DNA of 56,871 nt from an archaeon. Lineage in GTDB: Archaea > Iainarchaeota > Iainarchaeia > Iainarchaeales > Iainarchaeaceae. The position numbers were made by a program, and so were the translations under genes. This document shows, one piece after another, positions 45,211 to 54,931 of the stretch; position 1 is the stretch's first letter; each line of letters begins with the position of its first letter. The stretch is taken from positions 1-56,871 of the forward strand of contig JANLGZ010000070.1 in the NCBI GenBank assembly GCA_024653905.1, read 5' to 3'. Below the pieces are notes generated by a model, which searched no databases, was not told the DNA's origin, and saw nothing but the letters and a program-made list of their open reading frames with translations.

Positions 45211-46476
45211 TTAAAAAAAATCCGTGATTCTTTTCTGAGTTTTGATTTCATTAAGGAGAAAAGAATTTTTTTTCCAGAATTTCATTGGAATTGTCAATTT
45301 TTGTTCTGCATACTTTAAGGCTAAATCAAGAGAATCGAATGAAATAGGTTTTTTCTTCATAGCATCGCGTACGGTTTCTCTTACCTTCCATACCCCCAAA
45401 GACGGGGTTCCAGCATCGCCAATTTCGCGGAAAACAATAGCAGAAGCATGCTTCTTTTTTTCAAGCAAGTGTTCTGTTATTGCGATTCTTGTAGCATAAT
45501 AGCCCCCTGCTGTATTTTCAGCATAATTTTTTCTCCCTTTGTAAAGTTCATGATCGTGCATAAAAGTCGGTTCTTTGGAATCAAGATTCCATGAAGCTCC
45601 TGGTTTCCAAGCTTCCAATAATTCAAAACTCCAAGGTATTGGCAAAAGCAAAATCCAAAAATAATTTTCCAAATAATTGGAAGTGAAAAGCTGATAATCA
45701 GAAATTTCTGAAAAAAATTTTATTTTTTCATCAATAAAATGTTCAGAAAGCTGGGAATCAACAGCAGTAATCGACCATCTTGTTGGAACTAATTTTCTGT
45801 TCTTTTTTACTCCAAGCATTCCAGCGCTTAAAATTTTGTGCAATTGGTTAACCCCAACATCACTTTTGTAAAGTTCCAACATTGCATCTAAACTTTTTGC
45901 ATCAGTATCGCTGTATAAATAATCTATTTTTGGATTAATGCTTGGGTTTTCAGTCATTGAAAATTTTTTCAGTTCAGCCTGAGGTCCCATGGGTGCATGA
46001 AAATCCGAAAAAGAAGAACCCCTTATTCTCGGAGTTCCTTTTAATTTCATCTCAATATCGACAGGCTTTTTCGCCATGAGAGTTTCGTGAATCTCAGTTA
46101 AATCATAATCAGGATCTTTAGCCTGGTTTACCTCTATCTGCATATTTCCTCGCACCAAAGATTCCCTGAAATTAATTATTTCATCAGCAGGTTTTCCAAA
46201 CCAAAGATCAGTATCATCAGTAACCCACGCATCGTTGTTTTCGAGTTTGACTGCAGGCGCCATAGGAGAAAAATTTACTTTGGGATATCCATACCACGAA
46301 ACAAAAACCCCTGGAGGGCTTTTGGACTGGATTTCGTTCTGCTTAATGCTCTGCAAAGTGGTTTTCTTTCGCTCCAAACGCTCCAGAATAAAACATTTTG
46401 AACCGCACCATAATCTGCCTTTGCATTTCACGCATATTTCAGGAGAAGGAGTTACTGCATTCAATGGAACCAACAT
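45211..46476 (-). CDS. Nre-family DNA repair protein (DUF650/DUF651-like) with C-terminal PIP box
   Basis: 421 aa. N-terminal Cys cluster ICVKCKGRLWCGSKCFIL is typical of archaeal Nre proteins. The C-terminus QKRITDFF is a canonical Qxx[ILM]xxFF PCNA-interacting motif. Confidence 0.6.
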   Translation of the reverse strand: MLVPLNAVTPSPEICVKCKGRLWCGSKCFILERLERKKTTLQSIKQNEIQSKSPPGVFVSWYGYPKVNFSPMAPAVKLENNDAWVTDDTDLWFGKPADEIINFRESLVRGNMQIEVNQAKDPDYDLTEIHETLMAKKPVDIEMKLKGTPRIRGSSFSDFHAPMGPQAELKKFSMTENPSINPKIDYLYSDTDAKSLDAMLELYKSDVGVNQLHKILSAGMLGVKKNRKLVPTRWSITAVDSQLSEHFIDEKIKFFSEISDYQLFTSNYLENYFWILLLPIPWSFELLEAWKPGASWNLDSKEPTFMHDHELYKGRKNYAENTAGGYYATRIAITEHLLEKKKHASAIVFREIGDAGTPSLGVWKVRETVRDAMKKKPISFDSLDLALKYAEQKLTIPMKFWKKNSFLLNEIKTQKRITDFF

Positions 46477-46755
46477 ATATTATATACTCTAACAAGGTAT
46501 TTTGTTTTTATGCCAAAACTCAAAATTAATGAAAGACAAAATACGAGGCATACTGTCAGGGGCTTTGCACCTAAATTAACCAGTAATGGCTTTTTTTTGG
46601 AATTATAAATTTTTGATTTCCAAAAATTTGCTTTTGCAATTTATTTCGGGCATTTTAATCAGAATTCCAACCTCCCAATAATAAAAGAGCAAAGCAGCAG
46701 CCAATTATATACTTTAATATTAGTTTCTCAGCTCAATTCTTGGAGGGAATTAAAC

Positions 46756-48483
46756 ATGGCTATTGACTGGAACCTCAAAGAAGAAAAGGAAAAATTCTGG
46801 CATTCATCCGCACACATCATGGCTGCTGCTGTGATTCAGCTTTTTAAGGACGCAAAGCCGACAATCGGGCCCCCTATAGATGAAGGATTCTACTATGATT
46901 TCGACGTTAAAAAACCTTTTACCCCTGAAGATTTTGAAAAAATTGAAAAAAAAGTCGCAGAACTCGTGAAGAAAAACGACAAATTTGAAAGACAGGAAAT
47001 TTCAAAAAAAGAAGCGCTTGAGCTGTTCAAAAATAACAAGTATAAAACAGAAATTATTGAAGAGCTTCCGGAAGGAGAAAAAATAAGCGTTTACAGAAGC
47101 GGGGATTTTTTGGATTTGTGCAGAGGCCCGCACATTGGTTACACTTCCGCAATAAAAGCATTCAAAATTTTGAAAACATCCTCGGCTTACTGGAGAGGGG
47201 ATGCAAAAAAAGAAGCACTGCAGAGGATTTATGCAATAAGCTTTCCTAAAAAAGAAATGCTCGAGGAATTCGTGAAACAAAAGGAAGAAGCGGAAAAAAG
47301 AAACCACTTAAAACTCGGAAAGGAATTGGATTTGTTTTCAATGCAGGGAGAAGCCCCAGGCACTGTTTTCTTTCATGCAAAAGGAACAATACTCTGGAAT
47401 GAACTGACTGATTTCGCAAGAGAAGAACAAAGAAAAAGAAACTACAAAGAAGTGATAACCCCTATAATTCTGAAAAAAGAATTATGGTTAAAAAGCGGCC
47501 ATTGGGATCATTACAAGGAAAATATGTACTTCACAAAAATTGACGGTGAAGAATATGCAATAAAGCCAATGAACTGCCCAGGACACACACTTATTTACTC
47601 CAACAAAAGGCACTCTTACAGAGACCTCCCAATCAGAATGGGTGAATTCGGAATGGTTCACAGGCACGAACTAAGTGGTGTGCTTAATGGTTTATTCAGA
47701 GTTAGAAAGTTTACTCAGGATGATACTCATATTTTTTGTACACCTGAGCAAATTGAAAATGAAATAAAAGAATTATTGGAAATGATTGCACATTATTACA
47801 AAACTTTTGGTTTTGAATACAAAATTGAATTAAGCACAAAACCTGAGAAAGCAATGGGTTCACAAGAAGTGTGGGATAAGGCAGAGAAAGCTTTGAAGAA
47901 TGCTCTTGAAGCAACAAAAACAGAATACAAATTAAATGAAGGAGACGGTGCTTTTTATGGCCCTAAAATCGATTTTCATATAAAAGATTCTTTGGGAAGA
48001 AATTGGCAACTTGGAACAATACAATTAGATTTCCAGATGCCTGAGAAATTTGATCTTAAATATATTGACACTAAGGACAAAGAAGCAAGACCTGTTATGA
48101 TCCACAGGGCCATTTTTGGAAGCATGGAAAGATTCATTGGAATATTAATTGAACATTACGCAGGATTTTTTCCGCTTTGGTTAGCCCCTTTACAGGTTAA
48201 AATTGTTCCTGTGAGTGAGAAGTTTACAGATTATGCGAAAAAAGTTAATACTACTTTTATTGAAAATGGAATCAGGAGTGAAATTGATATACGAACAGAA
48301 ACTGTTTCTTACAGAGTAAGAGAAGCTCAGCTGGAAAAAGTTTTTTACATAATTAATGTAGGGGAAAATGAAGAAAAAGCAAAAACAATAGCTGTTAGAA
48401 ACAGAGAAGGAAAAGTAGAATTTGGAATTAAATTGGATAAATTTGTGGAAAAAATGAAAAAAGAAATTTTAGAGAAAAAATAA
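46756..48483 (+). CDS. thrS: threonine--tRNA ligase (bacterial-type editing domain, no TGS domain)
   Basis: 575 aa. HSSAHIM (HxxxH) and CRGPH editing motifs. Class II motifs HRHELSG, FTQDDTHIF, GPKIDF. Anticodon-binding C-terminus. GGAGGG lies 9 nt upstream. Confidence 0.9.
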   Translation: MAIDWNLKEEKEKFWHSSAHIMAAAVIQLFKDAKPTIGPPIDEGFYYDFDVKKPFTPEDFEKIEKKVAELVKKNDKFERQEISKKEALELFKNNKYKTEIIEELPEGEKISVYRSGDFLDLCRGPHIGYTSAIKAFKILKTSSAYWRGDAKKEALQRIYAISFPKKEMLEEFVKQKEEAEKRNHLKLGKELDLFSMQGEAPGTVFFHAKGTILWNELTDFAREEQRKRNYKEVITPIILKKELWLKSGHWDHYKENMYFTKIDGEEYAIKPMNCPGHTLIYSNKRHSYRDLPIRMGEFGMVHRHELSGVLNGLFRVRKFTQDDTHIFCTPEQIENEIKELLEMIAHYYKTFGFEYKIELSTKPEKAMGSQEVWDKAEKALKNALEATKTEYKLNEGDGAFYGPKIDFHIKDSLGRNWQLGTIQLDFQMPEKFDLKYIDTKDKEARPVMIHRAIFGSMERFIGILIEHYAGFFPLWLAPLQVKIVPVSEKFTDYAKKVNTTFIENGIRSEIDIRTETVSYRVREAQLEKVFYIINVGENEEKAKTIAVRNREGKVEFGIKLDKFVEKMKKEILEKK

Positions 48484-48512
48484 TTTATTTTCTTTCTTTT
48501 TGGTAAAGCTCC

Positions 48513-48588
48513 CTTGCAAAAATTTAAAAATTTTGCAAAGCCTCGTACCTTTTATGGTACAAGGTTTCTTTCTTTTCAAAGAAAGAAA
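48513..48588 (+). terminator. three consecutive hairpins after thrS
   Basis: TTGCAAAA/TTTTGCAA (48514-48521 with 48531-48538). CCTCGTACC/GGTACAAGG (48541-48549 with 48556-48564, one mismatch). TTTCTTTCTTT/AAAGAAAGAAA (48565-48575 with 48578-48588). Confidence 0.4.
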
Positions 48589-48592
48589 AAGG

Positions 48593-48600
48593 TTTATATT
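48593..48600 (+). promoter_or_regulatory. TATA-box candidate for the pilus operon
   Basis: TTTATATT preceded by an A-rich BRE-like aaaaagg. It ends 30 nt upstream of the ATG at 48630, which implies a near-leaderless transcript. Confidence 0.35.
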
Positions 48601-48629
48601 GTACAAAACCCTCAATTATTCCGACTTCT

Positions 48630-50558
48630 ATGGCAGACTATATGGATGACTTATTCAGTAAAATAAAGTCAAAAAAAGGCGGAAAAGGGAATGATTCCGG
48701 AATTCCTGAAAAAGAACCTACAAAATCTGAACCGATTCAACAGCAGTCCAAAAAACCTGTTTCTAATACAACCAAAAAATTAATGGAAGAGATAGAAAAA
48801 GCAGAACAGCAGATGAAAAGACCTGCAACAGAACCTGAATTCGAACCCGAAGTAAACTTAAAATATGATGAAGTTGCAGAAAACACCGAACCAATGCAAA
48901 AACAGGTTAATGTTAGCAGAGTAGAGATTCAGGCTGAACAAACTCAAGCTCAGATAATTGCAAAAGAAAATGATGAAGCAACACAAAAAGCAGAAGAAGC
49001 CAAGAAAAAAATCGAGGAAATGAAAAAAGAACTCCCTAAACAGGAAAAAGGTCTTCCTGATACAATTGAAGCAGTTCCAGATGAACAAAAATCACAAACT
49101 GAAAAACAATTAGCAAATTCAAACAAAAAATTATTAGAAGAATATGGAAATACAAAAATTTATGAGGTTCCTGGAGAACCACTTCTTTTTTACTGGACGC
49201 CTGTGCCAAGGCCTGTTGGAAGCGAAAAGGCAATTATTAATACTATTAAAGAAGCAGCAACAAGAATAGTCAGCATAACCCCTTACAAAATCAGAAATCA
49301 GGAGCAACGAAGGAATGTTTACACTCAAAAAATTCTCGAAATACTTAGAGATTCTCCGGAATTAAATATTCCTAAAACAAGATATGAGTTTTATGCAGAT
49401 GCTGTTGTAAGGGAAATGGTTGGTTATGGTCTGATAGATGATCTTATCAAGGATGATAAGCTGGAGGAAATAATGATTATAGGCCCGAAGCTTCCGGTTT
49501 ATGTTTTTCACAGAAAATATGAAATGATGCTTACCAATATTGAATTTTATTCAGATAATGAGATTCAGGATTTAATCAACAGGATTGCAAGGCAGATTGG
49601 AAGAAGAGTTGATTTAAGCAGTCCTCTTTTGGATGCAAGACTCCCTGATGGAAGCCGTGTTAATGCAACCGTGCCCCCATCATCGGTTCAGGGTTCGACT
49701 TTAACAATCAGAAAATTCAGAGATGATCCTTACACTATAATAGATATGATTAATTATGGAACAATCAGTGCAGATGCAGCGGCATTTCTCTGGGTGTGTG
49801 TTGAGGGACTTAATACAAGACCTGCAAATATTTTAATTGCCGGAGGAACAGGATCTGGAAAAACAACAACACTGAATGTTCTGGCAAGTTTTGTTCCTGA
49901 AACAGAAAGAATAATTTCAATAGAGGACACAGCTGAACTGAACCTTCCTTTGAAACACTGGATTAGAATGGAAGCAAGACCTCCGGGCCTTGAAGGGACA
50001 GGAGAATTGACACTTGATATTTTAACCAAAAATTCTTTGAGAATGAGGCCGGATAGGATTATTGTAGGAGAAATCAGGCATGATGAGGCATTCTCATTAT
50101 TCACTGCATTCAATACTGGACATGATGGTTCTTTGGGAACTGTACACGCAAACAGCCCTGATGAAACAATAATTAGGGTTACAAATCCGCCAATGAATGT
50201 GCCTGAGATTATGCTTTCAGGATTAAATTTTATTGTTGTACAGCACAGACTGCATGACAGAAAAACAGGAACAATAAGAAGAGTAACTGAAATTGCTGAA
50301 GTTGTTGATGTGCTTAAAGGAAAGGCTAAAACCGAGTTAATTTACTCTAGAGACGCCAAAACCGATTCCCTTAAAAAGACAAAAACACAAGTTAAGTACC
50401 TTCAATTACTGGCAAATATGAGCGGAATGACCGTAAATGAAATTGAAGCAGAAATCAAAAAAAGAGAAGAATTCCTCTTAAAATTGGCAAAACAAAAAAA
50501 ACATAAAATGAGTGAAGTTGCGCCGGAATTGAAACAATATTTGTTAAAAGGTCGATAA
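48630..50558 (+). CDS. type IV pilus/secretion ATPase (archaeal PilB/FlaI/TadA-like, VirB11 superfamily)
   Basis: 642 aa. Walker A LIAGGTGSGKTTTLN, Walker B RIIVGEIR, His box. About 190 aa of E/K/Q/P-rich low-complexity N-terminal extension. Confidence 0.85.
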   Translation: MADYMDDLFSKIKSKKGGKGNDSGIPEKEPTKSEPIQQQSKKPVSNTTKKLMEEIEKAEQQMKRPATEPEFEPEVNLKYDEVAENTEPMQKQVNVSRVEIQAEQTQAQIIAKENDEATQKAEEAKKKIEEMKKELPKQEKGLPDTIEAVPDEQKSQTEKQLANSNKKLLEEYGNTKIYEVPGEPLLFYWTPVPRPVGSEKAIINTIKEAATRIVSITPYKIRNQEQRRNVYTQKILEILRDSPELNIPKTRYEFYADAVVREMVGYGLIDDLIKDDKLEEIMIIGPKLPVYVFHRKYEMMLTNIEFYSDNEIQDLINRIARQIGRRVDLSSPLLDARLPDGSRVNATVPPSSVQGSTLTIRKFRDDPYTIIDMINYGTISADAAAFLWVCVEGLNTRPANILIAGGTGSGKTTTLNVLASFVPETERIISIEDTAELNLPLKHWIRMEARPPGLEGTGELTLDILTKNSLRMRPDRIIVGEIRHDEAFSLFTAFNTGHDGSLGTVHANSPDETIIRVTNPPMNVPEIMLSGLNFIVVQHRLHDRKTGTIRRVTEIAEVVDVLKGKAKTELIYSRDAKTDSLKKTKTQVKYLQLLANMSGMTVNEIEAEIKKREEFLLKLAKQKKHKMSEVAPELKQYLLKGR

Positions 50559-50561
50559 AAA

Positions 50562-51695
50562 ATGCCAAGCCTTGATAATCTGAAAAAAACAATCGAAGAA
50601 AAAGATAAGAAAAAAAAAGATTTCGATAAAAAACCTGAAACTGTTGATTATGACCAGGTTGAAAAAATTGTAGGCAGGATGAAAAAGAAATACCGTGAAC
50701 AAGGCGTTGAATTTGAACAAGTTGGCGGAAAATTAGGAGAATTAAGAGGAATTATTGCAGAGGGAGAACAGGCAAAAATTAATGTTCAAAAAGTTGAGGA
50801 CTTGCAGGAATTTCAATCCCCGGCAATTAAACAATTGGGTTCATTTTACTTATTATTCAAATTACCATTCCAACCAATTTCTAATTTACTGAAAAGATTA
50901 CCATTAGCAAGCGATATTAGATATTATCTTTACTCAGCAAATATGAAATATTCTTTGAACCAATGGCTGGCTATTGCAATTTCAACAGCAGCAATTGCGG
51001 GTTTGTTTGTTGGAGTTATAATCGCATCAATTAGTTTATTGCTGGAACTTCCTTATGTACTTTCAATAGTATTTGGAATAGCAGTTGGCTTTTTTACTTT
51101 GCTTATAATGTTAATGATTCCAAAAAGCAAAGCACAAAGAAGAGGAGAAGATGTGAGTGTGGAACTTCCTTTTGCATTAAGGCACATGTCTACAGAACTA
51201 AAAGCAGGAATTGGTTTGTACAAAACACTGCAAACAATTGCTACATCTGATTATGGTATTTTAAGCGAAGAATTTTCAAGAACAATCAGCGAAATTGAGG
51301 AAGGCACAGACACCAAAGATGCCTTGAGACACTTTGCACTCAGAACGCAATCCAAAGCACTCAGAAGCGCATTATTCCATATTATAAGAGCTCTGAAAAC
51401 AGGCGGAAACTTATCTGAAATAATGAACACAATTGCAGAGGATGTTAGTTTTGATATGAGAGTAAAAATCAGAGACTTTGCAGAAAAAATGAATTTCTTT
51501 GGAGTAATTTATATTTTCATTGCAATTGTAGCACCCGTATTTGTTGCGATTATAGGCGCGGTTACTAACGCACCAATAGCAATAGGCAGTTTTGCAATTC
51601 ATCCACTTGCAGTAGCCGGCTATCTTATTGTAATACAATCATTTATACTTGGTTTTTTAATATTTTATTTAAAAATATCACAACCGAGGGTTTAA
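50562..51695 (+). CDS. pilus platform membrane protein, T2SS-F domain (TadB-like)
   Basis: 377 aa. One T2SSF domain: LPFALRHMSTELKAGIGLYKTLQTIA...EIEEGTDTKDAL...GGNLSEIMNTIAEDV. Confidence 0.7.
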   Translation: MPSLDNLKKTIEEKDKKKKDFDKKPETVDYDQVEKIVGRMKKKYREQGVEFEQVGGKLGELRGIIAEGEQAKINVQKVEDLQEFQSPAIKQLGSFYLLFKLPFQPISNLLKRLPLASDIRYYLYSANMKYSLNQWLAIAISTAAIAGLFVGVIIASISLLLELPYVLSIVFGIAVGFFTLLIMLMIPKSKAQRRGEDVSVELPFALRHMSTELKAGIGLYKTLQTIATSDYGILSEEFSRTISEIEEGTDTKDALRHFALRTQSKALRSALFHIIRALKTGGNLSEIMNTIAEDVSFDMRVKIRDFAEKMNFFGVIYIFIAIVAPVFVAIIGAVTNAPIAIGSFAIHPLAVAGYLIVIQSFILGFLIFYLKISQPRV

Positions 51696-51696
51696 C

Positions 51697-52659
51697 ATGG
51701 CACTAAGAATAATTGAAAACACACCAATCCTGAGAAAATCTGCTATACTGCAAAAATATTCTTCTTACTTGAAAAGCAGTGAATTCAAAGTAGATGCATT
51801 CCTATGGATAATAATCTCTGTAATCTTTTCAATCATAATAGGATTAGCTGTTTTTGTTTTCACAGGAATAATATTCACTCCTTTTGCTGACAAAAGCATC
51901 CAACTCGGAGCACTGTTCTTTTTGGTTCTTATTGACTTGATGATTGGTTACCCTTACTTAAAAGCTCAGCAAAGAATTGATGAAATAGAAGAAGCTCTTC
52001 CTGATGCATTAAGGCAGATGTCTGATACTTTAAGAGCAGGCGGAACTTATGAATACGCCTTGAGGGAAATTGCAAACGCAGAATACGGTCCTTTGAAAAA
52101 AGAAATGAATGAAGTTTTAAGAAAACTTGAAGAAGGAGAAAACTTTGAAAACTCAATGAAAAGCCTTGCGGAAAATATTGATTCAAGACTTGTTCGAAGA
52201 ACAGTAACAATCATAATTGATTCAGTTTATGCAGGAGCAGGACTTGCAAATGTACTGGAAGAAATAGCAGAAGATGTAAGAGAATCTCACAGAATTAACA
52301 AAGACAGAAAAGCAAGAACCGTAATGCAAGTTATTTTCATGTTTGCTGCTGGCGGATTTATTGCACCAATGATTTTCGGTTTTGTATCAACTATTTCCAC
52401 ATTACTCATAACTGCAGCATCATCAGTTGCATCACAAGCGGAACAGGCATCAGCAAAAAGTGCTTTGGGAATTATTAACACTTCTATCCAAGCATACATT
52501 TTCATTGAAACTCTAGCCACTGCTTTAATGATGGCAATCATGAGAGATGGAAATCTCGGGAAAAGTATTATATACTTCCCAGTTCTCTTGTTTATAGCAT
52601 ATTTAGCTTATATAGCCGCAGAATTTGCCGCTTCAACATTAGTAGGTACGGTAGGATGA
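51697..52659 (+). CDS. pilus platform membrane protein, T2SS-F domain (TadC-like)
   Basis: 320 aa. One T2SSF domain: LPDALRQMSDTLRAGGTYEYALREIA...LEEGENFENSM...GAGLANVLEEIAEDV. Confidence 0.7.
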   Translation: MALRIIENTPILRKSAILQKYSSYLKSSEFKVDAFLWIIISVIFSIIIGLAVFVFTGIIFTPFADKSIQLGALFFLVLIDLMIGYPYLKAQQRIDEIEEALPDALRQMSDTLRAGGTYEYALREIANAEYGPLKKEMNEVLRKLEEGENFENSMKSLAENIDSRLVRRTVTIIIDSVYAGAGLANVLEEIAEDVRESHRINKDRKARTVMQVIFMFAAGGFIAPMIFGFVSTISTLLITAASSVASQAEQASAKSALGIINTSIQAYIFIETLATALMMAIMRDGNLGKSIIYFPVLLFIAYLAYIAAEFAASTLVGTVG

Positions 52660-52814
52660 ACTTATTAAAAGAAGAAAAAGGACAGACATCAATAGAAATA
52701 ATTATATTGCTAGGAGCAGTCATAGTTGTGGTTACTTTCGTTATGTTAGGAATAAAGAATAATATAGTTAACGAAGGTGGCCAGAGAATCGCAGATGTAA
52801 TAAATGATAGTTAA
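52656..52814 (+). CDS. small type IV pilin, DUF361-type (52 aa)
   Basis: Not in the ORF track. The ATG overlaps the upstream stop (ATGA). MNLLKEEKG/QTSIEIIILLGAVIVVVTFVMLGIKNNIVNEGGQRIADVINDS. Confidence 0.6.
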   Translation: MNLLKEEKGQTSIEIIILLGAVIVVVTFVMLGIKNNIVNEGGQRIADVINDS

Positions 52815-52860
52815 AATCATAAATTTAAAAAACAATAAACTAAAAAAGGAGGGAAATAAT

Positions 52861-53121
52861 TTGGATAAAAAAGGACAAGGAGCACTCGAGTATCTTCTAC
52901 TAATTGGTGGAGCAGTACTGGTTGCAGTAATAGTTATAACATTGCTGTTAAGCATTGCTGATACTGGACAAGATGAAACTAGCCAATCAACAGCAGCAGC
53001 ACTCTGTAGAACTAACGCAATTCAAGCTAATGCATCAACCCCAGTATGTGCAGGAACAACAACTGTTAATGGAACAACATACACATGCGGTGGAACATTC
53101 CCTAACTGTACAGCTACATAA
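52861..53121 (+). CDS. type IV pilin, DUF361-type, Cys/Thr-rich C-terminus
   Basis: The TTG at 52861 lies 7 nt after GGAGGG (52848-52853). (M)DKKG/QGALEYLLLIGGAVLVAVIVITLLL, then ...CRTNAIQANASTPVCAGTTTVNGTTYTCGGTFPNC. The track's ATG at 52804 would give an unusually long leader. Confidence 0.6.
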   Translation: MDKKGQGALEYLLLIGGAVLVAVIVITLLLSIADTGQDETSQSTAAALCRTNAIQANASTPVCAGTTTVNGTTYTCGGTFPNCTAT

Positions 53122-53136
53122 ATTGAGTGACATTAT

Positions 53137-53307
53137 ATGAATGAGAAGGCTCAGGTTTCGATTGAATATCTATTTACAGTGCTGTTTGCACTGTTGTTAG
53201 TTATCGCCGTAACCATAATAGCCTTCCAAATGGATATCGTGGCACAAAGAGCACAGAACCAAGTACTCATAAACAGGGATGAAACAATCCAAAGCCTTTC
53301 GGGATGA
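53137..53307 (+). CDS. small type IV pilin, DUF361-type (56 aa)
   Basis: Not in the ORF track. MNEKA/QVSIEYLFTVLFALLLVIAVTIIAFQ.... The stop overlaps the peptidase ATG (ATGA). Confidence 0.6.
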   Translation: MNEKAQVSIEYLFTVLFALLLVIAVTIIAFQMDIVAQRAQNQVLINRDETIQSLSG

Positions 53308-54437
53308 TCACTTTGATCATCCAACTCTATTTCTTTACAACCCTAATAGGATTACTTATAGCAACCTACACCGACCTCAAGGAAAGGATGGTGTACAACA
53401 AACTAACTTTCACTCTAATAGGCCTTGGAATTGGATTAAAAATTATTGAAGCAATAAAGGCAGAAAGTATTGAACCAATTTTAATAGCAGTAATAGGCGG
53501 AGTTATTGCATTTACGGCATCTTATTTAATGTGGCACCTCGGCATATGGGCTGGTGGAGATGTAAAGCTTGTAACAGCAATAGCAATAATCAACCCAATA
53601 AATTATGCATTCCTAGCGCCGTTCATTGGTTTGGCAGGATGGCCGTTCACAACACTTAATTTACCCATATTCTCAATCAGCATAATATTATACTCAGCAC
53701 TTGCGGTTTTTCCACTTGGAATAATGATGAGCTTTACAGCACTTGTGAAGCATCCAAAAGTATTAGGGAAAACTGTTCACCTAATGAAAGAAAAAATAAA
53801 ACAATTAATCGGGTTAAGCGTAATACTCGCAGGCCTGAATATTATATTAGAAATGTTTGCAATAACAAGCTTTGCAACAATAGTAATTCTTGCGATAATT
53901 GCTTTTTTCCCAAAAAAAATCAGAATAACACTAATAGGAATAATCGGTCTTGCAGGGTTATTGCTGAATGCACAGGGATTTTTTGTAAACGCCGTACTTG
54001 TTTTTATTCCATTATCCATAGGTTATTTTATTTGGAAACTTTATAATGAATCAAAAGAATATGCTTTCAAAGAAACAATAAAAATCGAAAAATTAGAGGA
54101 AGGAATGATTCCTGATAAATATGTTGTTGAAAAGAATAACAGGATAGAGTTGGTGGAAGGACCATCAATAAAAAGAGTTATAAAGAACTTAATGAATAAT
54201 AAAATAGAAACCTCTTTGGAAGACTTCAAAGTCAAGGGAAAAGTAATTGGAAGCCCTGCACAAGCAGGAGGATTCACAGAGAAGGAAGTTCAAAGATTAA
54301 AGGAAAAAGCAAAGAAAGGTTTTGGTCCGAAAGAAATTGTTGTAAGAAAAACAATGGCTTTTGTACCCGCTATACTAATAGCGTATCTTGTCTTGCAATT
54401 AAGTGGCGATGTGATATGGAATTTAATACTAATGTAA
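53304..54437 (+). CDS. prepilin peptidase (A24 family, EppA/PibD-like) with extra soluble insert
   Basis: 377 aa. First Asp box IATYTDLKERMVYNK, second Asp box IWAGGDVKLVTAIA. A soluble segment of about 100 aa precedes the last transmembrane helix. Confidence 0.8.
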   Translation: MITLIIQLYFFTTLIGLLIATYTDLKERMVYNKLTFTLIGLGIGLKIIEAIKAESIEPILIAVIGGVIAFTASYLMWHLGIWAGGDVKLVTAIAIINPINYAFLAPFIGLAGWPFTTLNLPIFSISIILYSALAVFPLGIMMSFTALVKHPKVLGKTVHLMKEKIKQLIGLSVILAGLNIILEMFAITSFATIVILAIIAFFPKKIRITLIGIIGLAGLLLNAQGFFVNAVLVFIPLSIGYFIWKLYNESKEYAFKETIKIEKLEEGMIPDKYVVEKNNRIELVEGPSIKRVIKNLMNNKIETSLEDFKVKGKVIGSPAQAGGFTEKEVQRLKEKAKKGFGPKEIVVRKTMAFVPAILIAYLVLQLSGDVIWNLILM

Positions 54438-54919
54438 AAGGACAGGCTTCTATAGAATTTTTATTCGTAATGCTGATTGCAATAGTGTTTATTGTTGCAA
54501 TTGTACAACCAAGTGCGGATTTGGCTTCAAACTCAACCAAGGATGTTGCAAATTTAACTCAATTAAAAATTTCAGCAGAAAAACTCGCAAGCACAATAGA
54601 ATTTGTTTCCTTATCAGGAACAGGCACAAGACAAACAATTACTATTACAGTACCAAAAGAAAGTACACTGAAGTGCGACCCAGCATCTAATTCTACTAAA
54701 ATTATTACAGAATATACTGCTCTTTCACATGCACAGCAACCAATAATTGGAGTAAATGGATGCGATAAAGATACTGGGATTTGTACAAATACTATAATTC
54801 TACAATCACAAATCATGTGTGAGGGAAACAAACCAGAAGTAGCAATACCAGAGGGACAAACACTTAATGTTAAAGTAGAAAATAATGGCACCCCCTCAAT
54901 TCAAGTTACATTTATTTAA
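54416..54919 (+). CDS. pilin-like protein, DUF361-type
   Basis: MEFNTNVKG/QASIEFLFVMLIAIVFIVAIV. 167 aa with 4 Cys in the globular part. Confidence 0.55.
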   Translation: MEFNTNVKGQASIEFLFVMLIAIVFIVAIVQPSADLASNSTKDVANLTQLKISAEKLASTIEFVSLSGTGTRQTITITVPKESTLKCDPASNSTKIITEYTALSHAQQPIIGVNGCDKDTGICTNTIILQSQIMCEGNKPEVAIPEGQTLNVKVENNGTPSIQVTFI

Positions 54920-54931
54920 AGGCGATGAAAA

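Noticed and set aside
46500-46610. 23-codon ORF and short hairpin + T8 upstream of thrS, considered as a leader peptide or attenuator
   Set aside because: It has no Thr codon enrichment and the hairpins are weak. Archaeal attenuation of this type is not established. I cannot support it from sequence alone.
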